Assembly (NCBI RefSeq): GCF_031769215.1 | Contig: NW_026782466.1 | Coordinates: 558,001-622,000, forward strand | Length of the DNA: 64,000 nucleotides | From: Ylistrum balloti | Taxonomy: Eukaryota | Direction of reading: 5' to 3' | In this document: positions 33,661-46,800 of the stretch, piece by piece | Layout: every line of letters begins with the position of its first letter | Numbering within the stretch: position 1 is the stretch's first letter | Position numbers and translations under genes: made by a program | Notes under the pieces: model-generated | Databases searched by the model: none | Told to the model about the DNA's origin: nothing | What the model saw: only the letters and a program-made list of their open reading frames with translations

Positions 33661-36139
33661 CTAACTTGTAATCAATCACCACAAACAAGCGTGTGTTAAA
33701 TTTATCTTTTAAAAATTATTGTTCCGCGTTCATGTGTCTTTTACGTAATGCACGCGCAAGTTGTAGAATGTCCCCGTTTCCTTTTTTCTTAAGTTATGCT
33801 CGTTGTCGTCATGTTTTTCACACCGAGAAACATAACTCTGTCTCCAGTGTGTTATAAACGAGAGTCACCAAGATTATCTTCTTAGCGGCTTTAAGTTACG
33901 GAATTCTTGTGGTAAAGTTTCCTGGATGCATAATAATGCCCGAAACTTATCAGTTGTAAGGCTGGTTTTCTTTTATCCCTATCAGATGGGCCTTTAAAGG
34001 CACTCAAAATACCTCAAGTGATACCAGGATGACAGGGGTTTTCTCAGCTACGACACCTTTCATCTTGTCTTTTTAATCCCCGGGTCGGAAGGCAAATGAT
34101 CCATGAATATTGTGGGACTAGATTGAAGTAATTAAATATATATCAGAATGTTTGTAAACGTAAAGCGTCTATGTAACCTAAATGTTCCGTGATTCTTAAA
34201 CAAACACGCTTATGTTGGCCGTCAGTCTGTCTAGGTACGTACTGTGAATCTCGTGATGGATTGACCAGACGCTGTCAATCGTTGACCACTACGTGATGTC
34301 AATATGGTCACGTAACCGTGAAATTTTAAAAATCGTCATGACGTCATATTACAACATTTGTCCGTAACATTACGTTGTCTGTCAGCGATAGACCAATCTA
34401 CCCCGAGCTAATTAGAAGGGTGATGTGAAAACATTAAAATTGTTTATCTTCCGGATTACTGGTTCGAGATAGGTTTACAGATTTAGAAGTACGCCTTATT
34501 TTTACCTGTCAGTGTACAGGTGAGGTGTTTGTATTAGAGATTTGTTGGATCTTAATCATGGACCAGGGGCTAGTACCGCATGGGACAGGGCAAACACGGG
34601 GCTTACTGCGCTCTGTCCCGGGGCCTTAAAACACAAACGGCATTAAAGTTCAATATGTAAAATGTATCTTAAAGATAATATCTGTTAGTACATGTCATTC
34701 CCCAATATATTGAAAAGGGTGGAGCTTGTGCTAAAACTGTAGCCTCCAGGACAACCTCGTCTTTATTTTCACGAAAAGAACTAGAAATCATCACCTATAG
34801 TTTAAGTCAACACTAATTTTTATCAAAGCTTTTGATGAGATTTGCAGTTTTCAAAATCCAAAAACGCAAAAACGGTAGAAATATTCTTATTGAAAGTTTA
34901 AGTATCCATTTGCATGCCTTAGTTTTATATAAAAAAAAATATCCTTATTTACCCGGAAGGAGTAGGATCATCTTTCCCGGGCGTTATAGTATACACATTT
35001 AGCGGGATTCTGCAGCTGTAAACTTTGACCTTGTTACAAAAATCGGCATTGGTCAATACATGGTTTTTAACTATAACATTGGACTTCATCTGAGGATAAT
35101 AATTTAACAAAGGTTGACAAAATCATGTATCGACTTCTTTGAAATTGTGTAACTGCGTAAACATATCAATAGATATTGTTATACTCGGGGCCCTTAGTTC
35201 GAACCATATTAGGTCCTCTCACTCTCAGCGGTATGTACTGTTTGATTTTGTAATACATTTACAAAGAAAGCCTACATTTATACAATCAGCACACAGACTT
35301 CCATATTATTGACCTTTCCTATTAATGGTAGGTATTTATTTGTCGCATTTGCCTACTTTTCTTAACATGATCTACTCAATAGATCAGGACATCTCATTTC
35401 AAAAATAAATATTGAGATTAATTCGACTGGCAGTTAAAAACACCGCTAAAGGACATTTTAATATCATATAAGATAAAAGATATTTTTTAAAACAGCAACA
35501 GTTATTTCGGGTTGTCAAATGATAAATTGTTTAGGGTGATTGACTTAAGGTATTAGTCCGTCGGGCCTAAAATCAATGTAAACTTACACAGGTTGTGGCG
35601 ATAGCCTTAAGTAAACATCACCTGTACCCCAAAGTTAATATCCAAACATCTCAGGACGTGGACAATGGAACGCACAAGACCGATACTTACAGCATTCCTA
35701 GGGTGATTCAAACAGTGTTTAAGGACCGTGGGCGAGGGAGGAGGGGGGGGGGGGTGTTCTTACACGTGCAACTCACTCGATATCGACGTAAACACGAACT
35801 ACACATGCTTAAGTAATAAATATGATTGGAAGACCATGTCTGTTTTCAATACGTTTTATCCGTGTCTCAAAGTCTCTATGTGAATCCGTTTGGAAATTCA
35901 ACTGCATGTTTTTTTTAAGATTTGTCAAAGAACTAGCGTCTTTACCGCGAAACAAATTGCCCTCCCTACCCTCGACTTTTTATACATTTCCTATACGTTT
36001 CAATGTAACAAAGCTTCTTCTTTGTGTCTTTATGAGGAAATCTACTCTTTATTAGTATTTTTACATATGTAGTGTGTATGATATGAAGTTGGACGTGTTA
36101 AATACCCGTTAGTTTGCCTTGTTGGTGCCGTTGTTGTAT

Positions 36140-36310
36140 ATACATCGCTGGTGTCTTCCAAGAAGCAGAAAACGCTTGCCCTTTCAGGAATACCTGGTCT
36201 TATTGTTCTTGTACTTTTTTTTAGGAATCTCCATGTAAATCGTTTATTTTATTCATATTTTGCCCTAGTTTGATCGAATTCGAGTTTGGATTATGATTTT
36301 TTTTGACATG
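36140..36310 (+). repeat. Diverged copy of an interspersed SINE-like repeat (sister copy at 54060-54220)
   Basis: Shares TTCATATTTTGCCCTAGTTT...GA.TT.GAGTTTG.ATTATGATT with 54150-54200, plus an upstream AAGCAG..AC.CTT.C motif. Confidence 0.55.
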
Positions 36311-37761
36311 TTGATATTCTCTATAGCTTTTGATCAGATACCCATTTATCGTATCCCTGAAATTGTCAAAGGATATCGGTATCCAAGTGTCACATTACTA
36401 CTAAAGTTCCTAGATTGTTCTTGCGCTCTTTGAAGTGAGTTTAAGAGTTTACCAATAATTGAATTTGCCTTGTATTTGATATGAAGCATTGGTTTGTAGA
36501 ACTTCCGACATGTGAATGAGAAGTCCATTGAAACAGTGTACATCGCGACCAATCAAAACGCGCAACTGCAACTCACTAATACTCAGAAGGTATCTCAGTT
36601 GGATTCGTATTCCAAAGGAAGAATCTCTTGGCAAGATCTCAAGACAGCGTTGTAAATGGTTATAAAACATGACCATTGCGAATCCATGACTATGTATCAG
36701 ATATACGTTATAAGTTACAGTAAAGCGTGGAAATGGCCGTTTGGTCAACATCCATTCTACATACCTACGAGATAAATAATTCAGACATAAAGGTGTTGCT
36801 TGTCTCATATGATTCTTTTTGTTGAAATCGATATACAATCGTATTGAAATTCTAGATAGCATATTCACGTGAGAACGTATATACTAACAATTAGTTGATT
36901 GGTCGCTTGCTTAAACAAATGTTATAGATATTCACGCGACTGGGAGCTATGTATATTGTAAGCAGTTCAATTTATCTTCTTTGTTATGAATTGTTGTTTG
37001 GGTGTTTTTGAAAACCTTTCGTTGGATGAGTGGATGCCTTTGTATCCCTCATATACTTGCCTGGTCGCAGGTGAGCTGACTGGGGTAGACCTTCATTACT
37101 GACCCTCCCTCCCCTCGTATCGCCGTGTCGACTGTCATATTTGACACACTGTAACCCGTATCCAGTGTCGGTCGTGGGTTGGGGTTACTCAGCCTTAGCG
37201 CATACTCACAAGGCGCGTTGGTGTTACGCTAAGCTGGTCTTATATTGGCGACTAGGCGTACAGGTATCAGTGTATCTACCTGTAGCACAACGCTCGGATG
37301 TACTTACCTGTCTTTTTACCTGGCTATCCAAGACATCTAGTTACTCACCTGGATACAACATTTGTTGTTTTTTAACCTGGATTTAGTTAGATTGTGTCGA
37401 TATAAAAGTTTGGTCAGCCCGTGAAGTCAGCTGGCTGCGATATTTTTACCTGGATTTAACAGATAGAGTGATTACCATGAGTGATTGTACAATGATAGTG
37501 TTGAGAACACCATAAGAAGGGCCAGCCTTAAGTCAGGTAAGATGGACTGTCAGATTGTCCAATGTTTATATCAGTCGATGACAGCCCTAAGATATAAAGA
37601 CAATAGATATTCTTTCAAAAGCTGATTAAATTATCGACAAGATTTCAAGTGATTTATCTGACCGGCCTTCGTTAAACAAAGTGATAGATATTTCTATCTT
37701 ATTTTTAACGAAGATCTGTAGAAAATCAAAATAGGCTGTGTTGCTCATTAACTCTTTTCGT

Positions 37762-37904
37762 NNNNNNNNNNNNNNNNNNNNNNNNNNNNNNNNNNNNNNN
37801 NNNNNNNNNNNNNNNNNNNNNNNNNNNNNNNNNNNNNNNNNNNNNNNNNNNNNNNNNNNNNNNNNNNNNNNNNNNNNNNNNNNNNNNNNNNNNNNNNNNN
37901 NNNN
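37762..37904. other. Assembly gap (143 N)
   Basis: Run of N. Confidence 1.
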
Positions 37905-40900
37905 ACAATATGTATTTCGGCTTTCCACCATACATCAGTTTGATATTTGTCCTTTACAATATGATGACAAGTTATATATTTTTAATTTTCTCTTGAAATT
38001 TCTAGAATTGTTTACATCATATATTTAAACAATAAATAAAATAATAATAATAATTAAAAAAACCTTTAAAGTCAGTTATCTATTATTTAAATTTTGTTGA
38101 CTATGAACTAAATTGAGCTCGACAATAATTTTACTACTCAGTTCAAGTCTCTGGTACACCTCGTGTAATGAGGGAGAGAGCGAGAAAGAGACAAAAAGTT
38201 AGATTCGTTGGATTATAACACAGTGAATATGACACGAATAAAACTGAAATTGACTCAATCCAATTGATAACAAATTGTGTTTTCAAAAAATCATATAGCA
38301 ATATTTCTTTTGGGAGATATCGGCGTCCAAGCTATATATCAAGCCCTCCTTTGGCAAAACGCTTTCTCATGGAAACCAGGTCCCCGTGTAATAAATCCAG
38401 CTTCCCTCTGGTACCTCATACTGACACCGGGTGCGTGTGAAATCTCTCCATCCTTTCATGCATTGATACCAGTTTTAGTCGGTCTAATGGTTAATGCTCA
38501 TCTTTATTATCTGTCTGCTGGTTTCAAACTTAAACGACAATCTCACGCCATCTATACACTGAGGTATAAAATAGCAAAATTAGGTAGTGTTAGAAGATTT
38601 TAAAGTAAATATAACGACTTCACGCGTGACAGACCATAACACTGAAAAAAATATTATCACTTAAGCTATTAATGATTTTAGTAGTAATATAGGACATTAA
38701 TTATTTAATGACTCGAGAAAATTTAAATGAAAAAAGACAACTTTTCTTATCTTGTCAGTTTATTTATTTACTCAAACAATATACAATAGACATTCAACTA
38801 ATAAACTACAATTTTGTGGGATTTCAAATATTAGTTGTATTTAAAGGAAATAACACAAATTTTATAAGAATGTTCTTCAAAATAGTAAGCTACAGGGAAG
38901 TCTCTTTCTGTATATACTCGTCTTTATTGCTGGTATGTCTGGTACATTCTGTAGTGCAGCGACCTATAAGACCTGCACTGCGAGGAGAGTAAGCGGCCAA
39001 GAAATTCCCCTTGGACCCGCATTGCCTCTTCGCATGCAATGTTGAGAGAGCAGAGCGACATAAGTGGATTCAGCTGTAAAACGTCACCGTGACAGACGAA
39101 TTATCGATATTATTAATCAATTATTGATACGTTTTATAGAACACACATATCGTGTGCCAATTTCCAATTTCTACATTTGTAGAATTTGTAGTACAAAATC
39201 ATGTATAAATTAACACTTTCTTCCTCTGAAGTCTACACATGAAATGTACTAACGCGCGCTCGACCGCGATGACACCACTTGCACGTGTATATGTTCTTGT
39301 ATTCCTGGGGGAATAACTCCATTACTTATCAATTATTTGTTCCGAAACTTGTATTTTTGCCTTTTTTGTGTAATGTGAGTGAAGGTGTAGAAATATGTAC
39401 AGTTATTATAAAGCTATTTCACTGATAGTGACATGGTTTAACATCTCTTTGCCGATTTGATCAAAACGATCGATCGAAATGCCGAGCTTAAACCTATCAA
39501 TTTTGTTCATGAGACATCACAGCTTCTATTGTAATACAGTTGTGAACCTGACGCAGACGTGTTACATTTGTCAGAGTCCATCAGTCGGAAAGCATGTTTG
39601 TTTACTGTTTATCGTACCTGTATGAAAGTCTCAGGTGAAATGTACAAGCTGTTAATCACAGGTGTTGTATACAAATTCTTGCTGGTTTAATGTGGGCGTC
39701 ACACAAAGTGTGCCCCGAGAGTGTACCAAAAGTTTGACCCCTAATTATAAAAAAAGAAAACCCAAAGAACATAAGATAACAATTCAAGTTCTGTTTATTC
39801 AAGAATGAATTCCAGATTTTTGTGTAGTAGCTAATGTAAAATATCTTGTTCGCGAGGAGAATATTACGTTACTTGATCTGATAACAACGGACAGCACAGT
39901 AACATGAATATATACAACGCCTGTAGACTAATTAGGTCAACTTAACCACCGGTTTAATTATAGTAACGTGTGTGATAGAATACGATGAATAATTCACGTG
40001 GAGCCACTGACCAATGTCTGTAACCACACAACTGACCGTCTACATTTGTCTATCAATTATTAATATACAACCCATTGTCGGTTGAATTAGCACTATTTTA
40101 CACTACCTCTTGAATACCTGATTATCGGCTACATCAACAAAGACCCGCCCTCATTATGTTACCACAGTGTTAATTAAGTTATGTTCTCACCTGACAAGTG
40201 TAGGTAGACAAGTATTATGTACTTTAGAAAACATATTCAATTCAATCAACTACGCAGTCTGAAAAATGATAACATGTATTAGAAATGTTTACGCCAATTA
40301 TTTCCTTATTATTTCAGCAAGCAACATTGTTGAGAATTATTAGAATTTATAACAAAGAGTCTGTGTAGATGACCCTGTGATAATAGGCACTCGAGACAAC
40401 TGGTTTGAGGGGTAATCATAGCAACATTTCTATCATTATAAAAACTTGGTATCGGTGAGGAATTGTGGGTGGGGCAGTGCAAAGGGTACTTCCTCGCAAT
40501 ATACCACGCTGAGAAGGAAATCAGTGGGCAATTTTAACTTATTTGTCAGAGAGGTAATATGATAATACAGTGACACCACCATGCCACGGCTAAGCCACAA
40601 GAAAGGGGGTGTGGGGAGGCTTAGATCCATGGATCAAAGATCTGTGAACAAACGAGCCGACCATAAGGAAATAAGGGTTCCATTATCCCTACAGGGGGAG
40701 AGGAGGGTGGACATCCAATTAGGCCAGGGATTACTCCGCCTCTGAACAGTTTAGACGAAGTGACGATACCCATGGTCAAATCTTCTGAGATGACCAGAAC
40801 CCTGACCACCAATACACTGTAGAAACTAAATACGACAGGTTTACGGTCTTAATGACATAAATCGTTTCCGTATTTTGTCAAGGGATATGTGTCACCGTAC

Positions 40901-43888
40901 AAAGCTGCTAATCCGAAACATTGTGTCTATGTGTGGACATCTCGGGGCATCGTGTTTGAATTTGATATTTAAAACAAACACACATTCTTGTGTTCGAAGA
41001 TTTTTTTAGTTCACGACCTTTTTAAAAAAAAAAAATAAAAAACGACCTGTAACTTTCATTATCACAAAGGTATGCGTCTTTTTCCTGGCATTATTTCATG
41101 GTTTGATATCAAAGGGAGAGATGTTTACATCTAATTCTTTTTCTCGATTTTAAGATGTAAACAATCTACTTAATGTGCTGATGAGTACAAGCAGGCTATT
41201 GTTCTTTATATCAATATATATTGTTAGCTGGTGAGTGACAGGGCCGATAGAGGTGTATGGACATCATAGATCTATACAGCCTAACCTGTCATACAAATTG
41301 TCTAAATGATTCACGGACGATAACTCTGTCGTGTTAAAGCCTTGTCTGACGGGACGAAATCCTGCTAGGACGGGCGATTATGTGAAGGAGACGAACACTG
41401 ACGATTCTAATCCGCTTTAAGATGACATGTTGATCAATTGAAGGGACCGGGGCCAACACGATAGCCCTTAAATAAGGATTACAGATCACGAACTAACCTC
41501 AGGAATCACACGTTACCCATTCCGCAATTTCACCTGCATGGTTTATCCAGCCCATATAACCTAACAACGCAATATCTCTTACTTCTGCAATCACGAATTT
41601 CACATGATAGTGTGACACGTGCTTTCTATGTGAAACGCGCGTACGTGAAAAATGAAAATCTGACACACGCACCGTAGACTATTTTATGAAAATGTATTGT
41701 GAAATGGTTTCATTAGGATGCTTCATTTGAAAATATAATAACTATTGGGGAAATATATTTCATTAATATCTATCACACAGATTTTTTTTATCAATATAGA
41801 ATGCATTTAGAATAACCGCTTAATGGGACGACATTTATCACAAGATTTAATCATATGCGTTCACACCTGAATAGTATAATTATGTGTATCAGCCTTATTT
41901 CACCTGAAGCAAACTACTAACCTCACCTAGGTCACTTGGTATGACAGGTAACACATTGTGTTAGGATTCTGACCATAATCTACCTGTAAAACTCCTACCT
42001 GTAAACATTTATCTGTGATTAATGACTCCGTGACATTATCACTTCCTATCTGTCGCTAAAAGCCAAAATATGCAAATAAGCCCAGGTGAGATCATATTTC
42101 AGGTATAATATCAAACATATCCAAATATATGTGAATATCTCAAGTTTACGTCACCACCAAATGTGCTACCAATAAATTCCACGACCAGCGAACACACAAT
42201 CATCATCGGAAGTGGTTAGAATACGGTGTACGTCAAGAAATAAAGTGGTTTTGATAGAAAGTTTGTATTAAATTTGTGTAGCCCGATATCTTATCCCATG
42301 TCAAACCGCGCCATCAAGTCACCAAAATTGGTTTTCTGAACAAAGTCAATTTAATCTCATTCTAAAGCTTTGCACGTTGCCTTGTTATTCTTTGCTTTTT
42401 TTTACGAAATAGTAATTATTTACAATCAATAACTGAAAAAATGGCAGCGTTTAATTAGGTGCTCGGTAATTTTGTTTCAATGACTACCATTACATTTAGA
42501 AATTATTTTTGCCACGCCCTTTGTAAAATGACAGAAAAGATTTTTCCGATACACTCCGAAGCAAACCTTTTCTTTTATTTCCGATGTCAGGAGGTATCTT
42601 CAAAAATATCAAGCTGACACGTTTGTTATGTTGCGATAATTTTAGAGTATTCGTTCCACCCCTCCTTCTTTACTAAAGTAAATCATCGATGCTTGTTTTA
42701 TAATACAAATACGGATTTCAAATGACACTTTTTGTCATGAAACGACACATAAAGTTTTCAATGCCTTTTACGATTCGTAATGTTCCACGCTAGCTTTACC
42801 CCAGCACGATAGGATCTAGACGACAACACGTATATTTCCTAAGGGCCTAAACAGTTGTGTGTCCTATCTAATTATTGGCGTAAAATCTACGTTACAGTCT
42901 GCCATCATTAGCACAGTTTAGACAGATGTATGCTGGTTTGTTAGTTTTTGTAACGTTTTTCGTTGACTTGCTGAGCATTGTTATCTCATTTCGTACAACA
43001 TCGTGCAGCTTTATTCAGCTATGACATTCCTAATTTCAAGTATTTCTGATTGTGGTTTTCTTTAAAGATGTATTACAGAAATTAAGCATTTTTGCTATCA
43101 GTAGGCCATATCATGCTCATACGATATTGCCCGTAGCGAATAGACAGGGACACCTGAAGCTGGGTTTTAAACAGTTCAACGCTTCATGATAAGTTTTATT
43201 AAAAATACTCTGTCATGCACCATCAAATCTCTTGTTCGAGAAAATATAAATAAATTCCCCAGACAGCGTTTTATAATTATATCGCTGTTTGGATCTTCCA
43301 CATGATCTTCCCGAACGAGCAGAGCATTCTTTGTGTCCTATGTACAGGTATACAAGTTATAGGAATGGCCAGGGACGTACTCTCTGTAACCTATGTACAA
43401 ACAGATGTATTAGATTAACGCTAGGTTCAGAATAGTCAGCGAGGCTGAACACTCCGTTTATTTTGAAAAAAAAGAACATTAAAATTCTATTGAACTTTAT
43501 ACTTATAACAAATTGTTCGACCAAATTATTTTTTTATCAAACATTGTTATGTCACAATTAAGTGAATAGATAAATCAACGTTCATAAAACGTTTGTTTGC
43601 TATTTAATATTCAACATACATGATGAATACCCGCAAGGTCTTCATGGTCACTAGGCATGCTTTGTCTTCATTGTCGTTTTTCGGCAATTGGTTGCCTTGG
43701 CGACCAGTCTCGCCGGAACTTTTCCAGGACATAAGTGACCTGTTGTTGACAGTGTTACGGCACAATAATTTAATTTCTAGTTATATATATCATTGTCTTA
43801 TGACCTATGACTTTTACACCAGTAACTATGTTAATTCATACAACGTTGGAGCACCTCGTCTAACTTTTACGTCTAATTGTTGTTGCAG

Positions 43889-46800
43889 GTTGACCTCCGA
43901 ACTCAGAGCTCGGAATTGACGCGGCAGATGTGGCTCCTCTATGTTACATTTGAAGATTTTGTCTGCCTGAAGTATCCTAACAAGTCCAAGGAAATTCTGA
44001 CTACCAGGATAAATATTGATACCTACATCTCCTCTCCTGGCAGCAGTCCTGTGAGAAGACCACGATCACCATCGGTCATCGCCACATCTCAGAAAGAAAT
44101 CATTCAATCAAAACGCGTTTTGTGTGAGGATTTTAAAAACCAAGTTGGATTTAAACCTATTCAAACTGAATCGCGGTGTCCCACTATAAGAGATAAAGAA
44201 TTTGAATACAAAAGAAGGTACAGTACTACTGTTTCATATCAGATAGCTAAAATACAGCGGATTGTGAAGACTGAAAGGGCCAAAAAAACTCGTAACAATC
44301 GACAGAAATTCGATCTGGATGGTTCTGCAGGCGTGAGTTCAATGGAGATTGGCCGGGCCGATCAGTGGAATCGCAACCGAGATAGAATGCATGATTTGAG
44401 TGAAGGGCGCCTCGGCAGTGTTGGGAGCACGAACCAGGGTGTATGTAGATCATCAAGATGTGTGAATTCTCAGGGAACAGCTGATAAGACTGTTAATTCG
44501 CGGGTCATTGTTTCGGGAGCAGTGACAGAATCACACGGGGTATTGTTACGTGGAAGTGTTCCGCGTCAGAGTCAAAACAGTGCCACATTAGGGCCAAACA
44601 ATGGCCAAGTTCGGCGTTACAATCCTCAGGTCGGATTGGAAAATAGGTGTCTCAGTCACACGGATCGTCTTAATCAGTCCGCAGATCAGATACATTCTGT
44701 TGGTCGGTGTGTAAGAAACCCTGCACGGGTCGAAACAACTCATTGTGGCCCGAGAATCGTGAACGTGCGGGCGCTCCAAGCCATCACAGACAACGCTTTG
44801 CGGGAAGATCCTTGTATCACTAACAAACTCAGTGTCCAAAGTAAGTGCTGGAACTCACTTCGTCTACAGGGCATCCTGCCACTGGACAACTGTCGATTTG
44901 ACTGGGACAGTGGGTCCATGAACGATCGAATCATGACTGATCCTTTACGTGTGTCCGTCAGACATGATATCTCTTTTCATTCACAAGATGGTGGATATTT
45001 ACATCCACGACCGGACAGCGTCGTGCCGCGACACAAACCTCCACAGACACTTTCCCTTGACCGAGTCAATTTGGCCGGACGATCGGACAACAAAATAACA
45101 TCTACTCCGGATGATTCTGCTCATGATGTCAGTGCTGATATTTTTCATTCTAACGAGTCATCACCTGTTACGATTTCAAGTGGATATGAAAGTGATTCCC
45201 TGCATACATGTGAGGCAGATATTGACAATATATTTTTTAAGAGAAATAAAGCCAACAATGTGAGTACCAAAACAGCGGAAGGAGATAACGATCCATTGAC
45301 GGACTATTTCTCGATGTCGGACTCCAATCTTAACGCGGAAGTGACCGCGCCTGTTGATGGAGACGTCACGCCAACCTCATCTCCACAAGTCATTCTTAAT
45401 AGGATGCCCGACAATCAAGGAAAAGACAATTCTGTGCCAAATGATTTAAAATCAAATTCCAAATCTCGGAAACCTAAACAAGACAGAGTGCTAACACCAC
45501 AACAGGGAAATAGTGCCGTGTTTTCCCCTAAAGAGAGAAATAGTTATCAATTAACAAAGGTTGCAAGGTCAATGTTTGAGATCATTCATGACCTTCAAAC
45601 CGAAGAAAACTCTGCTGAAGGTAAAAAGAAAGGGAGGAAACCTCGTAGGAATACCCCTCCTCTAAAACCAGAAAGATTGATTGGGGACAACCCCAACCTT
45701 CCATCATCGTCATCTTCGAGCGAAACGACGCCAACGAACACGTGCACAAAAACTGGTTTAGGCCAAGATCAATTTAAAGCTATTAAACCACTTCAAACTC
45801 AATGTGATAATGTACTTACAAATGTAAATCAGGTTCCACAACCAAAACATTTCGACAGAGTTGTTGGTAATCCACCAAAAGTGTCTGTGAGGTGTTTAAG
45901 ACGCCCTCTTGGAGCTGATCCCACTGACTTTGATCGCAATGCAGCACTGCCACATTCAGACAGTGCACGTGCTTCAACGAACGAAAATCCCTCCAAGAGT
46001 GCGAGTCAGCCGTGCTATCTGGAGGAGGACACCAGTGTTGCAGCAAATGACAATTCCACTGTGCACTGGGAGGGGAGCGGAAATGACGTGCATCCGTTTC
46101 ATCCCCAAGTACCAGATAACATGACCACTCCCAGACCGGCCATGATAAATCAAAACTGGACCACCAATATCAATGACTGTATGCCCTACGCTACGACGCG
46201 GCTTCCCGGGTGTCAAACACCTAAGAGGGATCCTAGGGACGATCACGTGTATGAAACAATCCCCGGGGATGAGATGCTGTCGTACGAGGAACACATGCGC
46301 CTTCGAATGAATGGTATTCCAGTAAAATTACAGCGTTTACACCCTGATTGCCCTTTCGTGCCATATGAGCCTCCTGCTCTTCCCGCCAGGAACGACCACA
46401 GGATGCCAAAATCAAGTGGTTTTATGAACTCTAGTTTCATCATGCATACACAACCCTTCATACCTCAGAACCTCATACAGTGTCCAAGGAATCGTGTTTC
46501 ACATCCGCAATCGTTAATGCCGCAGTTTTCGTCATTTCCTGGGAACCAGCGAGGTAATGTAAACCATGGGATACTGTTTAACGCTGCACAACAACAGCAC
46601 ATTAATAGAGTAAAAAGTGAAACCAGTGATTCAACTGTGATTAAAAACTCCAAAAAACAACCAAAACAACGTCCATCATCACAAGAACTTCCGGTCAAAC
46701 CGCAACCATTATTGCCGACTGGTTATAAACAAAAGCGTCCTGTATCAGAACAGTTATCTCAGGCACATAAAGCTCCAGCTCAGCGGCGCTTACAACTGTT

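Noticed and set aside
37626-38028. Three ORFs listed across 37.6-38.0 kb
   Set aside because: Artefacts of translating through the N gap.
42105-42130. Partial match to miR-190 (GATATGTTTGATAT) on the minus strand
   Set aside because: Only about 14 nt match and there is no complementary arm to form a precursor.
44247-46698. Several 60-106-aa ORFs inside the large exon, mostly antisense
   Set aside because: Shadows of the 1170-aa ORF, with no independent splice or start signals.
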